Origin: Hemiscyllium ocellatum
Taxonomy: Eukaryota
DNA length: 64,000 nucleotides
Reading direction: 5' to 3'
Assembly: GCF_020745735.1 (NCBI RefSeq)
Contig: NC_083408.1
Location: 93,898,484 to 93,962,483 of the forward strand
Shown: in pieces, positions 63,471 through 64,000 of the stretch
Layout: each line of letters opens with the position of its first letter
Numbering within the stretch: the first letter of the stretch is position 1
The notes under the pieces: generated by a model
Told to the model about the DNA's origin: nothing
What the model saw: only the letters and a program-made list of their open reading frames with translations
The model's database searches: none
Program-made: the position numbers and the translations under genes

Positions 63471-64000
63471 AGGACACTTAGGGATGAGCAGGAATACTCA
63501 CATTCCAAAAAAGAATGAAGAAAAGTGCTCTAACACATTCCTCAGGGAGCTGAACATAATGTTATTGTACATCTCAGTTGCTGTTTTATTGGACAGCTGA
63601 GAGAGAAAAAAAGGGCCATTTGATTAAAAAGTATATTCAGTGAAGTGATTCTGACAGGGTAAAGCCTAATCCCTTGAATGTCAGTGAAGCATATGAATGA
63701 TTTCAGCCATCTTATCATTCCATTAATTTACAGAGAACTGGCAGGCATGGATGCATAAGAAAGGCAGCGATCTCAGAATCACCAAATTTATTGTAAAATA
63801 ACTTAAAATAGGAAACAGGCAATGTCCTATTACTTTGACAGAAAGGAAACGCCTGTTGAGCTTTCATGATAGCGGTGTCATGATAACCCACAAGGGTGCT
63901 ATTTTAGATTTGGCAAAACCTCAAGTGCAAACTCTTTGGTCTTGAAAGTATGCTGCCCAAGCTTTAGGGCATCAATATTTATATCTTCATACATAATTTC

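Noticed and set aside
1-64000. Prokaryotic-type systems (CRISPR, operons, IS elements) or known miRNA genes
   Set aside because: The sequence is vertebrate repeat-rich DNA with no regularly spaced repeat-spacer array. A by-eye scan recognised no conserved mature miRNA; a miRBase/Rfam search would be needed to exclude one.

Overview
Eukaryotic, non-coding, repeat-rich vertebrate DNA, very probably from a shark. HE1-type V-SINEs with (TCTAA/TCTAAG)n tails, CR1/HER1 LINEs sharing that 3' end, and SacSINE1/DeuSINE-like relics point to an elasmobranch, plausibly a bamboo/carpet shark (inference from repeat content only). I could not recognise any host protein-coding gene, tRNA, rRNA or known miRNA. 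The long ORFs with recognisable homology are retroelement fragments or their antisense shadows. Main contents: (1) many Penelope-like element (PLE) pieces from several families, including short fold-back copies with 12-15 bp target-site duplications and minimal hammerhead-ribozyme motifs, one with an intact core at 225-259 (-); (2) CR1, L2, RTE and Rex1/Babar LINE fragments, often nested; (3) a heavily decayed Gypsy provirus at about 50.8-54.9 kb and a solo LTR; (4) a roughly 4 kb TE-free, CpG-retaining island at about 16.8-20.9 kb with promoter motifs and candidate exons on both strands; (5) several enhancer-like unique blocks. Nothing here demonstrates a new biological system. The best leads are the recurring PLE fold-back/hammerhead architecture and the unexplained CpG island. 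Repeat boundaries were judged by eye and are approximate unless a TSD is quoted.
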